From: a virus
Lineage: Duplodnaviria > Caudoviricetes
Length of the DNA stretch: 44,712 nt
Reading direction: 5' to 3' (one strand)
IMG/VR virus record: IMGVR_UViG_3300020042_003245
Location: 1 to 44,712 of that record
The notes under the pieces: generated by a model
What the model saw: the letters and a program-made list of their open reading frames with translations, nothing else
Databases searched by the model: none
Told to the model about the DNA's origin: nothing
Shown: positions 24,276-32,783 of the stretch, piece after piece
Position numbering within the stretch: the stretch's first letter is position 1
Layout of the letters: every line of letters begins with the position of its first letter
Position numbers and translations under genes: made by a program

Positions 24276-25801
24276 TTGCCAGCCCCTTTCTTCCATGCCA
24301 TGTTCAGTTGAGTGATCTTGTTGATCACGTTGCGACCAATGTCAACTATAGGTGCGGTGGTGAACTTCCACATCGGGTCTTGCCCGGTCATCTTGTTGTA
24401 CAGGTGGTAGGCGCGGCCCTGTTGGTTCTCAGGCTTGCTGTGAATGCGTGCGTAGTTGACGACTTGGTGCCACAGGTGTTCGGCGTTGTCGGCCAGTTTC
24501 TTTTTGTTCTTGCCTTCACCAATAAAGATTTCCTTCATGTGGCCGGGCAGTGCTTCGCTGATCTGCGTGCTGATCTTCTCGTGGCCGCATGCCATGCACC
24601 GCTTGTGGAACGGCTTGTAGCCACAGCGTGGGCAACCCTTGGACTCAAACTCTTCCTGTTTGCGGATGGCCTTGTCCAGCTTCTCGCCGTCGTCCAGCTT
24701 TGCCAGACCGTTGAAGTAGATGTCGTTGAAGTCCTCAAAGAATCGCACAATGTTGCCGCTGAAGTCCAGTAGGTAGCAGTCCTTCTTGCCAGTCTCAGTG
24801 GATGAGCGCAGGCCACGACCCCACATCTGGATCGCGGTAGACAGCGACTTACGCAAAGGCCGGGCATCACAGATACAACCCACGTCAGGCACGTCAAAAC
24901 CTTTTGCAAGAGCCTCTACGCTGATTAGAACCCGCAGGTGGCTGTCGGGCTTCCTGTACTCCTTCAGGAGGTCTTCCCGCTCCTTGGCGGTGGTGTCCGA
25001 GGTGAACACAGCGGCCATCACGCCGCTTGTAATAAATTGCCGGGCTAATTCTTCACAATGCTTGATGGTCGCGCCAAACACGATGGTCTTGCGGTTCTCA
25101 CCAAACCTGTGCCAGTCAGCGACTACATCACCAATAATTGCCATGCCACGCTCTTCAGCGGCCTTGTCTGTCCACTCGCCGCCTGCGGTGGCCGCGCCAG
25201 TCATGTCGGGCTTGTGGCAGGAGAAAATTCGCATAGGCACCAGCACGCCGTTTTGCGTGAGGTCGTACATGGTGGTGGCATTGATCAGGTTGGTGAATAT
25301 CTTGCCCAAACCCACAGTAAAGGGTGTGGCCGACAAACCAATCACAGCGGCACCAGTGCTCTGTGCAAATTCAGTCCACGCCTTGTAGGCAGTGTGAGCT
25401 TCGTCAACCACCAGAACGTCCATCTGAGGCCAGAACTCACGCTTGGCAATTGTCTGAACGGACGCGATCTGCAACAGTTCATCAGGCTTGCGTCTCCAAT
25501 GATTAGCTTGAATGATTCCGTGGTTGTGCAGGCCGTAGTTGTCGGCCACCGTAGATGTTTGGTTGATCAGCGTGGTGCGGTCGCACAGGAAAACTGCACG
25601 CTTACCGCGCTGGATTGCTTCGTTGCAAATCCTCAATCCGAGGTAGGTCTTACCCGCCCCGGTGGGAGCCATGATGAGTTGGTTTTTATGCCCATCACGG
25701 AACCCTTGTCTCAACTCGTTGTGAGCATCGATTTGAAACTGTCGGGGGGTTGGGAACTTTGATCCATCATCACGCTCACTTAGCGCTAGGGAGTTGGTCA
25801 T
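24272..25801 (-). CDS. Superfamily 2 (DEAH) helicase with C-terminal zinc finger
   Basis: APTGAGKT, VDEAH, GLSATP, KGFDVP, QMWGRGLR; CPRC...CMAC. Confidence 0.93.
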   Translation of the reverse strand: MTNSLALSERDDGSKFPTPRQFQIDAHNELRQGFRDGHKNQLIMAPTGAGKTYLGLRICNEAIQRGKRAVFLCDRTTLINQTSTVADNYGLHNHGIIQANHWRRKPDELLQIASVQTIAKREFWPQMDVLVVDEAHTAYKAWTEFAQSTGAAVIGLSATPFTVGLGKIFTNLINATTMYDLTQNGVLVPMRIFSCHKPDMTGAATAGGEWTDKAAEERGMAIIGDVVADWHRFGENRKTIVFGATIKHCEELARQFITSGVMAAVFTSDTTAKEREDLLKEYRKPDSHLRVLISVEALAKGFDVPDVGCICDARPLRKSLSTAIQMWGRGLRSSTETGKKDCYLLDFSGNIVRFFEDFNDIYFNGLAKLDDGEKLDKAIRKQEEFESKGCPRCGYKPFHKRCMACGHEKISTQISEALPGHMKEIFIGEGKNKKKLADNAEHLWHQVVNYARIHSKPENQQGRAYHLYNKMTGQDPMWKFTTAPIVDIGRNVINKITQLNMAWKKGAGK

Positions 25802-26589
25802 TTTTTGCCTTTCAGCTTATCGTTTTCTTTTTGAAGTTTCTTGCAAAGTTTTACTGCCTCGTTGCGCTCATTCATCAGCCCGTGTAGACGCACGTCAAGT
25901 TGGGCATTCAAGTGGTTCAGGCGCTTAATTTCGGCGTGTGCTGTTGCCAGTGCGTCGTCGGATTCCAACAGCTTGTACATGGCATCTTGGTCAGCCTGTA
26001 AAGCCAACTCATTTGCCTTCAGTTCAGCTTCGTCCGGGCCTTCGCCAGCAGATGGGGCTGGTTCAGAATGCGTAGTCAGACTACTATTTTCAACTTCCTC
26101 AACAATTTGCTTGGCCTTCTCAACGATGTGCTTTTTCTTAGACTCAGCCTGCTTTTTCTTGGTCTCCGGGTTACGGATGGCACCAATAAATGACCGGGAG
26201 ACGGCGCAAATATTGGCAAGCTCGTAGTCGGTTTTGTCTTTGGTCAACTGATGAGCCAAAGCCGCTTCGACCACCTTACGCTTGTCCTCGTTTGTGCGTG
26301 GCTTGCCGTGCGTGCCATTGACACCAAAGGACATGACCTGCGCTTCAAGTTGAGTGCCGGGTTTGTAGTTGATTTCCACTTGCTTGATGCCCAGCAACTT
26401 GTAGGCGTGATAGCGGTGGAAGCCATCTACCAGCCAATGTGTTGCGCCATCAAACACCGTGAGCAAAGCAGGGAACACGTCTCCTTCTTTCATGCACTCA
26501 ACGTAGTGATAGACAAGTTGTTGATCGATTAACTCACGGCCTTGGGTGCCGCCGTCGATCCTAATATCGTTCAGGTTTACTTTTTTCAT
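25798..26589 (-). CDS. ParB/Srx-like domain protein with HTH and coiled coil
   Basis: IRIDGGTQGR, LVDGFHRYHA, NGTHG; DYELANICAVSRSFIGAIR HTH-like. Confidence 0.85.
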   Translation of the reverse strand: MKKVNLNDIRIDGGTQGRELIDQQLVYHYVECMKEGDVFPALLTVFDGATHWLVDGFHRYHAYKLLGIKQVEINYKPGTQLEAQVMSFGVNGTHGKPRTNEDKRKVVEAALAHQLTKDKTDYELANICAVSRSFIGAIRNPETKKKQAESKKKHIVEKAKQIVEEVENSSLTTHSEPAPSAGEGPDEAELKANELALQADQDAMYKLLESDDALATAHAEIKRLNHLNAQLDVRLHGLMNERNEAVKLCKKLQKENDKLKGKK

Positions 26590-26619
26590 TCATGTCTCCA
26601 TTAAATACCCAACATCGGG

Positions 26620-26820
26620 TCAGTCAAACAAATCAGGGCGCAGTTCTTTTGCTGTTACGAGACCTTGTGTGGCCTTCTCAATTTTTCTTGCCAAAACAAA
26701 CGAGGGACGGCGTGCTTTTCGGATCAATAGTCCCAGCCATGTCTGGGTGATTCCGAGGTAGTCAGCCATCTCTTTTTTTGATCCGTATGGTTCGTCTTTG
26801 AAATACTGCTTCAGGTTCAT
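26620..26820 (-). CDS. Cro/YdaS-like HTH regulator (66 aa)
   Basis: Start ATG 26820 (AAAGGAG RBS); KKEMADYLGITQTWL HTH, IEKATQGLVTAKELRPDLF. Confidence 0.85.
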   Translation of the reverse strand: MNLKQYFKDEPYGSKKEMADYLGITQTWLGLLIRKARRPSFVLARKIEKATQGLVTAKELRPDLFD

Positions 26821-26840
26821 ACAACTCCTTTCTGTGAAAT

Positions 26841-26894
26841 ATCTTAGCACAAATCTAATTTCGTGTTATAGTCTTCCCACGGTCACGATGACCG
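26841..26894. promoter_or_regulatory. Overlapping divergent promoters; rightward one is promoter/operator unit 5
   Basis: + strand TCTAATTTCGTGTTATAGT (26854-26872, 18/19 identical to unit 1) then hairpin CGGTCA-CGA-TGACCG; minus strand TGCTAAGAT (26841-26849) toward the Cro-like gene. Confidence 0.75.
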
Positions 26895-26932
26895 GGTTGA
26901 TGTCCAAGGGGACGTTTTACAAAGGATAAATC

Positions 26933-27580
26933 ATGAGTTTTGTAGTAGAAGATAAGGGCGGCGACTTTGAGCGTTGCCCACAAGGAATGCACCTTGCACG
27001 GTGCTACCGAATCATTGATCTAGGCACCCAGAAGTCTGAGTACATGGGTCAGGTCAAGTATTTGCACAAGGTCATGTTGGGCTGGGAAATCCACGGCATG
27101 AACGACGATGGTACTGCCATCAAAATGAAGGATAACCGACCATTTGCCATTTTCAAAAACTACACCTTGTCTTGGTCTGAAAAAGCCAACTTGCGTCTTG
27201 ACCTTCAGTCATGGCGCGGCAAAGCTTTCACGCAGGAAGAGATGCGGAAGTTTGACCTGAAGAACGTGTTGGGTGCCTTCTGCATGCTGAACGTTATTGA
27301 GCGACCGGGACAAGACGGCAAGACATACACCAACGTCAATGGCGTGACTCCAGTGCCAGCAATGATCAAGCAAAACGGTCTGCCTGTGCCAGTTAACACC
27401 AACGAGATGTTCAACCTTCAAGAGCCTGACTGGGTCATGTTTGAGCAGTTCAGCGACAACCTCAAAAAGAAGATCATCTCTTCACCTGAGTATGAAAAAG
27501 CCAAGGGTGGCGCAAAGCCAGCACAGCAGGCACCTGCGGCCAGCATGGCTGATGATGATCTTGACGATATTCCTTTTTGA
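26933..27580 (+). CDS. Single-stranded DNA binding protein-like
   Basis: 215 aa; ARCYRIIDLGTQ, acidic C-terminal tip DDDLDDIPF typical of SSBs; same operon as an exonuclease. Confidence 0.75.
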   Translation: MSFVVEDKGGDFERCPQGMHLARCYRIIDLGTQKSEYMGQVKYLHKVMLGWEIHGMNDDGTAIKMKDNRPFAIFKNYTLSWSEKANLRLDLQSWRGKAFTQEEMRKFDLKNVLGAFCMLNVIERPGQDGKTYTNVNGVTPVPAMIKQNGLPVPVNTNEMFNLQEPDWVMFEQFSDNLKKKIISSPEYEKAKGGAKPAQQAPAASMADDDLDDIPF

Positions 27581-27592
27581 TCGGAGACCAAC

Positions 27593-27772
27593 ATGTCTAA
27601 TTTTTTTGATTGGATAAGCGACTACGTCCCCTTGGGGCTCATGCTCACTATTTGGGTGGTTGTAGCCCCCTTTCGTGTGATGGTGATGTTGCTTTTGCCT
27701 TACGGGGCAAAGAAGTCTTACCACCGCCTCAACCCCGTGTATGAGTTCTTCGCGTTTGAGGAGAGATTATGA
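27593..27772 (+). CDS. Small membrane protein (59 aa)
   Basis: Not in ORF track. GGAG RBS; MSNFFDWISDYVPLGLMLTIWVVVAPFRVMVMLLLPYG...; ATGA overlap with lipoprotein. Confidence 0.55.
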   Translation: MSNFFDWISDYVPLGLMLTIWVVVAPFRVMVMLLLPYGAKKSYHRLNPVYEFFAFEERL

Positions 27773-28056
27773 AATTGATCGCATTACTTTTTGTGGCTTT
27801 GGTCGGTTGCTCGTCTACCCCGCCTGCTCCCTCCAAGCCAGCGCCTGTTGTCATTCATGAGCAAACGTATCCCAATCAAAAATTGGTTGTGGATTCAGAG
27901 GTGTCTGAGATGAGTCGTCAAGACATCATCAGCGCCATTCATGAGTGCCAAGAAAACGACTTGCGACCTATCCCGGTCAAGTCCAAGAAAAGAGTTGAAG
28001 GACGCATCACCGATGCCATCATCAACGTAATCTGCGGCCCTCAGAAAGCAAAATAA
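27769..28056 (+). CDS. Lipoprotein
   Basis: MKLIALLFVALVG-C signal II lipobox, Pro-rich linker, two further Cys. Confidence 0.8.
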   Translation: MKLIALLFVALVGCSSTPPAPSKPAPVVIHEQTYPNQKLVVDSEVSEMSRQDIISAIHECQENDLRPIPVKSKKRVEGRITDAIINVICGPQKAK

Positions 28057-28065
28057 GGAGACATC

Positions 28066-28413
28066 ATGCATGATTTGCACAGAATAGGCTTAGAACGAGC
28101 CATTGCTTTTTTAACGTCAATTGAATGTCAATTTAAAGTGATTGACGGCAACGGTAATGTTTATACAAATATTTCTGAAAATGAAGTTAGAAAACGCAGG
28201 CCAAGCATTTACCCGCGTGGCCTGTTGAGCGCCCATGTCAAAAAACATCTTTTTCCAATTAAGGTGGGACAAGTGGTCGTTATTCCTTCCGGCGATTTTG
28301 ATTTGGATTCAGTCGGTAAAACAGCAACAAGCATCATGAGTCATGCTTATGGCAACGGCTCTTATGCCAGCCATAAAGCAGAGGGTGGCATTGAAATTTT
28401 GAGAACACATTAA
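28066..28413 (+). CDS. Hypothetical protein (115 aa)
   Basis: TAAGGAG RBS. Confidence 0.7.
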   Translation: MHDLHRIGLERAIAFLTSIECQFKVIDGNGNVYTNISENEVRKRRPSIYPRGLLSAHVKKHLFPIKVGQVVVIPSGDFDLDSVGKTATSIMSHAYGNGSYASHKAEGGIEILRTH

Positions 28414-28422
28414 GGAGCACAC

Positions 28423-29211
28423 ATGTCAACAATCATTGCCCGGTCGGCTGAGTCAGTCCACTGGTACAAACAAGACGGAGGCCCACAGTACACCGTGAAG
28501 GCCAAAGACGGCTCAGACCGCCCTACGACCCTCAGGGACGCACGCAAGATGGACTTGGTACCTTCGGTCACCACCATCATGAAAGTCGCCGCAAAGCCCG
28601 GTTTGGAGCAGTGGAAGCTGGAGCAAATGCTTCTGGCTTCTATGACCCTCACCCAGTTGCCCGGCGAAACAGAGCAGGCGTACATCGCACGCATCGTTGC
28701 CGACTCCAAAGAGACGGGGAAACAGGCCGCAGAGAAGGGCACACGCATCCATGAATCTATTGAGTCATGGTTTGAAGGCAACAAGGATGTGGTTCACAAA
28801 GACATTGCCTTGGCGTTTGAAGAATCTATCTTCACCCACTTTGGCACCCACCCGTTCCAGCCTTGGCTGACAGAGCGGTCGTTCTCCAGCCCCTTAGGGT
28901 TTGGCGGCAAAGTGGACTTGTACTGCGTGGCCGATCAGTATGCGCCCTTGGGCATTGTGCTGGATGCCAAGTCAAAGGACTTTGGGCCTGACGACAAGGT
29001 CGATGCCTACGACGAACACCTGATGCAGTTGGCGGCATACCGCTATGGCCTCGGTGTGCCTCATGCACGCTGTGCAAACGTGTTTGTGTCTCGCACTCAC
29101 TCCGGCCTTGTTAAGGTCGTTGAGTGGCCTGAGGACGAACTGGTGAAGGGCTGGGAGATGTTCCAAGCATTGCTTCGCTTTTGGAAATTAAAAAATAACT
29201 TTGGAGTTTGA
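28423..29211 (+). CDS. PD-(D/E)XK exonuclease
   Basis: PSVTTI, GTRIH, E...GKVDL...DAKS, QLAAY. Confidence 0.85.
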   Translation: MSTIIARSAESVHWYKQDGGPQYTVKAKDGSDRPTTLRDARKMDLVPSVTTIMKVAAKPGLEQWKLEQMLLASMTLTQLPGETEQAYIARIVADSKETGKQAAEKGTRIHESIESWFEGNKDVVHKDIALAFEESIFTHFGTHPFQPWLTERSFSSPLGFGGKVDLYCVADQYAPLGIVLDAKSKDFGPDDKVDAYDEHLMQLAAYRYGLGVPHARCANVFVSRTHSGLVKVVEWPEDELVKGWEMFQALLRFWKLKNNFGV

Positions 29212-29212
29212 A

Positions 29213-29425
29213 ATGGCAGAACGTATTTATGTAGTTGGTGGCCCCACAGGTATCCACCTCATCAGTTCATCCACCAAGCAAGGTGCAATTGCTTATGTGG
29301 CTCACAACGTCTACAAAGCCACTGTAGCCACCCAGAATGATCTGGTTGAACTGTTGGGCAAAGGCGTGAAGGTCGAGCACGCCAAAGCGCAAAACATGGA
29401 GTTGGACTTGGAGGCAACTAAATGA
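29213..29425 (+). CDS. Hypothetical protein (70 aa)
   Basis: Start ATG 29213 with GGAG RBS; VATQNDLVELLGKGVKVE. Confidence 0.7.
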   Translation: MAERIYVVGGPTGIHLISSSTKQGAIAYVAHNVYKATVATQNDLVELLGKGVKVEHAKAQNMELDLEATK

Positions 29426-29649
29426 ACGAAGTCAAAGACCCGTGGGTTCACCGTTCAGAGGGAATGCGTTGCAAAACTTGTATTTGGTTTGTCCCAAAAA
29501 TAACCATTGAGGCTGGAACAATTGACACGCCAAACCCTGTCTACAACATAGGCCGTTGCCGTCGTCATGCCCCAACTATGGGTGGCTATCCCGTAGTTTT
29601 TGTGAACGACTGGTGCGGCGATCATCGATTAGACGAGAACAAAGTATGA
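29422..29649 (+). CDS. Small Cys-rich metal-binding protein
   Basis: CKTC...GRCRRHAP...DWCGDH; GGAGG RBS. Confidence 0.7.
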   Translation: MNEVKDPWVHRSEGMRCKTCIWFVPKITIEAGTIDTPNPVYNIGRCRRHAPTMGGYPVVFVNDWCGDHRLDENKV

Positions 29650-29888
29650 GCCTCAAAAAAGACGACGTGATACAAGCTTTCTTTGCCGCTGGCCTTGAAG
29701 GTGACTACAACTTCCTTGAAGACGATCTCATGAAGCTTGCAACGGCCTTTGCGGCCTTGCGAAACGAAGAGATCAACGAGAGGGTGTTCCGTACAGCCAA
29801 GCTTGAACGCTCACGCTGTGTGGATTTTGTGCGAAGCCTTAACCCGGAGGTTGCACGAGCCCTTGAAGATAAGAAGTGGTCTCTGTAA
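29646..29888 (+). CDS. Hypothetical protein (80 aa)
   Basis: Start ATG 29646 in ATGA overlap. Confidence 0.6.
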   Translation: MSLKKDDVIQAFFAAGLEGDYNFLEDDLMKLATAFAALRNEEINERVFRTAKLERSRCVDFVRSLNPEVARALEDKKWSL

Positions 29889-29913
29889 AAAAAGCCCCCT
29901 CGTCGGGGGGCTT
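29887..29913 (-). terminator. Terminator at the convergence of early and virion operons
   Basis: AAGCCCCC-TCGTCG-GGGGGCTT preceded on + by an A run (U tract on minus strand). Confidence 0.7.
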
Positions 29914-29982
29914 CAGAGGGGGCGTAAAAGGGGCAACTGCAATGCCCTCATATTGGCGAGACAACCAACATGATCTTCAATG

Positions 29983-31245
29983 TTAATTTTTTAAGTAGTA
30001 GTCCAAAAAACTTGATTCTTTTGGAAGTTTTTTAGGTTGCACGTAGTTGGGTTGCATTTGTGGGATTGCAGGCTCCAAGGAATCTGCCCCGCTATAAACG
30101 GTGGGGTTGATGTCAGACATTGACATTCCACGAGCCAACTCTTCTCTGTTTTTAATTGCATAAGGCAATGTGGCTAAAGCGCCAGCCACGCCCATTTTTG
30201 GGCCACCAAATGTTTGGGCAAGACTTCCACCAAGGCGTGACCAATCTTCCCAAGTAATCGGTTCATTTTTCTTAAACTTTTGGTAGATGTCATATCCACT
30301 CAACCCGGCTTGAGCACCACCAATTCCACCCATGGCTGTTTTGCCAAGACCAGAACGGAAGCCTCTTGATTTTGCAAGATCAGATTCCCTGTTAATGGTT
30401 TGCTGAGACAAGCCAGCCTTGTTCAATTCAGATTGACGTTGTAGTTCCAACTTCTTGCGCTGTTGTTCAGCTTGAGCTTTGGCCTGCTCTTGAGCAATCT
30501 CTGTAGCAACACTTGTTGGAACTTGAATGCCACTCTTCAATGGAACAACTTGACCAGCCTGCACAACTGGATCAGGCGCATAGGGATTGATTCTGGAAAC
30601 AGTGCGTTCAATTTCGGCTTGATGGCGTGCCCGGCGCTGTTGTTCGCCCTGATAGCCATAGCCTCGTTGTGCGCCACTGGTGCCCATGGTTGGGCCTTCG
30701 CCACCTTGCAAAATGCGTTGCACTTGATCTGGTGTGAAGTCGGTTATTTTTGCGGTTGGGTCTTGCGTAATATTTCTGAGTTGCTCTTCAATCTTGTTGA
30801 CAAGCGAATGCCTCTCTTTCATGTCGCCAACGGCCTCATTCATTACACGAATATTTTCTTCACTGGGCTTTGGAGAAAAAATATTGGTGCCTTGAGGACT
30901 GGGTTTGAGGCCGGATTCAAAATCTCGACCAGTAAGGCGAGCCAAAACACCTGCCGTTGCACCACTTGCGGCGGCTATCTGATTGTTGGATACTGCCTGA
31001 TTATCAGTTTTACCCTTCGCTTCTTTTTCGTGCTTCTCCAAAGCATCCATCACGTCGTCAATTGAAGTGTCAGAACTGGCGGCAGGCTTATTTTCTTGTG
31101 GAGCGGCTTTTTCTTCTTCAGGTGGGGGCGCAGGAGGACGAGCCTTTCCTTTTTTTACCGTAGGCTCGGTAGACTTTTCTTCAGAGTCAATACCCTCTTC
31201 CTTTAATCTAGCCTTAATTGCGGCTTGGATTTCAGCATCTGTCAT
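29983..31245 (-). CDS. Putative internal virion/ejection protein (420 aa)
   Basis: Last gene of tail module; Ala/Gly/Gln-rich, Gly-rich hydrophobic segments, no Cys. Confidence 0.6.
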   Translation of the reverse strand: MTDAEIQAAIKARLKEEGIDSEEKSTEPTVKKGKARPPAPPPEEEKAAPQENKPAASSDTSIDDVMDALEKHEKEAKGKTDNQAVSNNQIAAASGATAGVLARLTGRDFESGLKPSPQGTNIFSPKPSEENIRVMNEAVGDMKERHSLVNKIEEQLRNITQDPTAKITDFTPDQVQRILQGGEGPTMGTSGAQRGYGYQGEQQRRARHQAEIERTVSRINPYAPDPVVQAGQVVPLKSGIQVPTSVATEIAQEQAKAQAEQQRKKLELQRQSELNKAGLSQQTINRESDLAKSRGFRSGLGKTAMGGIGGAQAGLSGYDIYQKFKKNEPITWEDWSRLGGSLAQTFGGPKMGVAGALATLPYAIKNREELARGMSMSDINPTVYSGADSLEPAIPQMQPNYVQPKKLPKESSFLDYYLKN

Positions 31246-32780
31246 GGTCTTTGACCTTTCAAGCGTTTTTGGTATTTCATGTTTTTATCTTTCAAGATTC
31301 CCTCGTAAACACCATTTTCAATTTTGATGTCAGGGTCTTGTTTATAAATATCAAAATGAGGCGACAAGCTTCCAGCCTCAGTCACTTTTGGCAACCTATC
31401 AACAATAATATCGTGAACTCGTTTAGCATGTTTTAATTGTTCTTTGTTTAAATCAATTTGATGTGCAATTGCTTTAGAGTTTTTATCGATGTGCATTTCT
31501 TGGAGAAGTAGTTTTTCAAACTTACCTTCACCAGCTTTGGACGGATCAATACCCCTTGCCAACAATCCATAGTAGGCGCTGGTTGCAAGGTTGTTGATCA
31601 AAGTGTCTCGATATGCTTGCTCATCTCGGCTAAGGTTTGCATCCAACCCAGCAGATATTGGAATGCCAATATTTATCCCATAACCGTTCCAGTTGACAGA
31701 AAGACCTCTCTCCAGCATGGCCGCAAGACCACCCGCTTGACGAATCAAGTTTGTTACTTTGGTAAAGGTGGCCGCATCAGTTTTAATGGCATCTTGAATT
31801 GCATCATTTGCAGAGATCGCAATAGAATAAACCGCAGGATCGCTGACCTGTTGCAATGCTAGGAATTGGCGTTGAGGTTCAGCATTGGCTGATTCTGCTG
31901 TTGCCAACACTCTGGCGTTTCTTGCTTTTTCCACCTCGGTCATTGCCTGTGGGTGGGGCAATACAAACGATGGCTTGTATTTGAACTCTGGCCTGCCGTT
32001 TGGTTCTGCAACAGTTACTACGGGAGTTGATTCCAAAACAGGTTGTGCGCTTGCGGAAGGTGCGCTTGCAGACGGCGTATTGGTTGACGTTCCGGGTGTA
32101 TTAATCAATCTGTCTGCCGCAGTACCTGATGTGTCACCGGGATAAACAGGTGGTCTTTCAGCCTGACGAGCTTGAATACCAGCCAATCCGGCTCTGTATT
32201 GCTCTTCAGTGATCATTCCAGACCTGCGTTGAGCATCAAGCAAAGCCATTTCTTGCTGTTGCTGTTGAACCAGCATTTGGTTTTGAGCCGTTCTGTTAGA
32301 CATCAAAGTGTTCTGCTGTGTGCGTGCTTCTTTGACTGCGCTGGCAACTTCAGAACTTGGGTCAAGGGAAATGATGCGAGTTGCTGTTGTCTCATCCATC
32401 GGCACACCCTTTCTCTTCCATTCTTGGAACAGAGTGTTTTGAGTTTTTTTCTGGCCTAACAAAATGTTGCCTCGCTCTATTTCAGCTTTCATTTGAGCGA
32501 TGGGTAATTTTTGGGCTCGTTCTTGTTCTACGTTTTCACCCAAAGCCTCAGCGGCACTGCCAAAAGACGCAAGGAAGCCGCCTAATTGAGGCTTGGCAAA
32601 CCCTGCGGCTATTTTAAAATAATTGGGCTGTTCGTAACGTTTTTCAAGCGCTTGAACACCCTCTTGCAAAATGCCTTGATATTTCTCTAATTTGTCCTCA
32701 GGCAGTTCTGCTGGGTTGATCTTTCCAAGGCCACCAGTAAAGCTGTAATCTTGTGTTTTTTGTTGATTTGTATCAGCCAT
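31242..32780 (-). CDS. Putative internal virion/ejection protein (512 aa)
   Basis: Helical Gln/Ala-rich, position downstream of nozzle, no Cys. Confidence 0.6.
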   Translation of the reverse strand: MADTNQQKTQDYSFTGGLGKINPAELPEDKLEKYQGILQEGVQALEKRYEQPNYFKIAAGFAKPQLGGFLASFGSAAEALGENVEQERAQKLPIAQMKAEIERGNILLGQKKTQNTLFQEWKRKGVPMDETTATRIISLDPSSEVASAVKEARTQQNTLMSNRTAQNQMLVQQQQQEMALLDAQRRSGMITEEQYRAGLAGIQARQAERPPVYPGDTSGTAADRLINTPGTSTNTPSASAPSASAQPVLESTPVVTVAEPNGRPEFKYKPSFVLPHPQAMTEVEKARNARVLATAESANAEPQRQFLALQQVSDPAVYSIAISANDAIQDAIKTDAATFTKVTNLIRQAGGLAAMLERGLSVNWNGYGINIGIPISAGLDANLSRDEQAYRDTLINNLATSAYYGLLARGIDPSKAGEGKFEKLLLQEMHIDKNSKAIAHQIDLNKEQLKHAKRVHDIIVDRLPKVTEAGSLSPHFDIYKQDPDIKIENGVYEGILKDKNMKYQKRLKGQRP

Positions 32781-32783
32781 GGT

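Noticed and set aside
27769-28056. Lipoprotein as o-spanin
   Set aside because: About 14 kb from the lysis genes, on the opposite strand, in an early-type operon; partner lacks a long periplasmic coil
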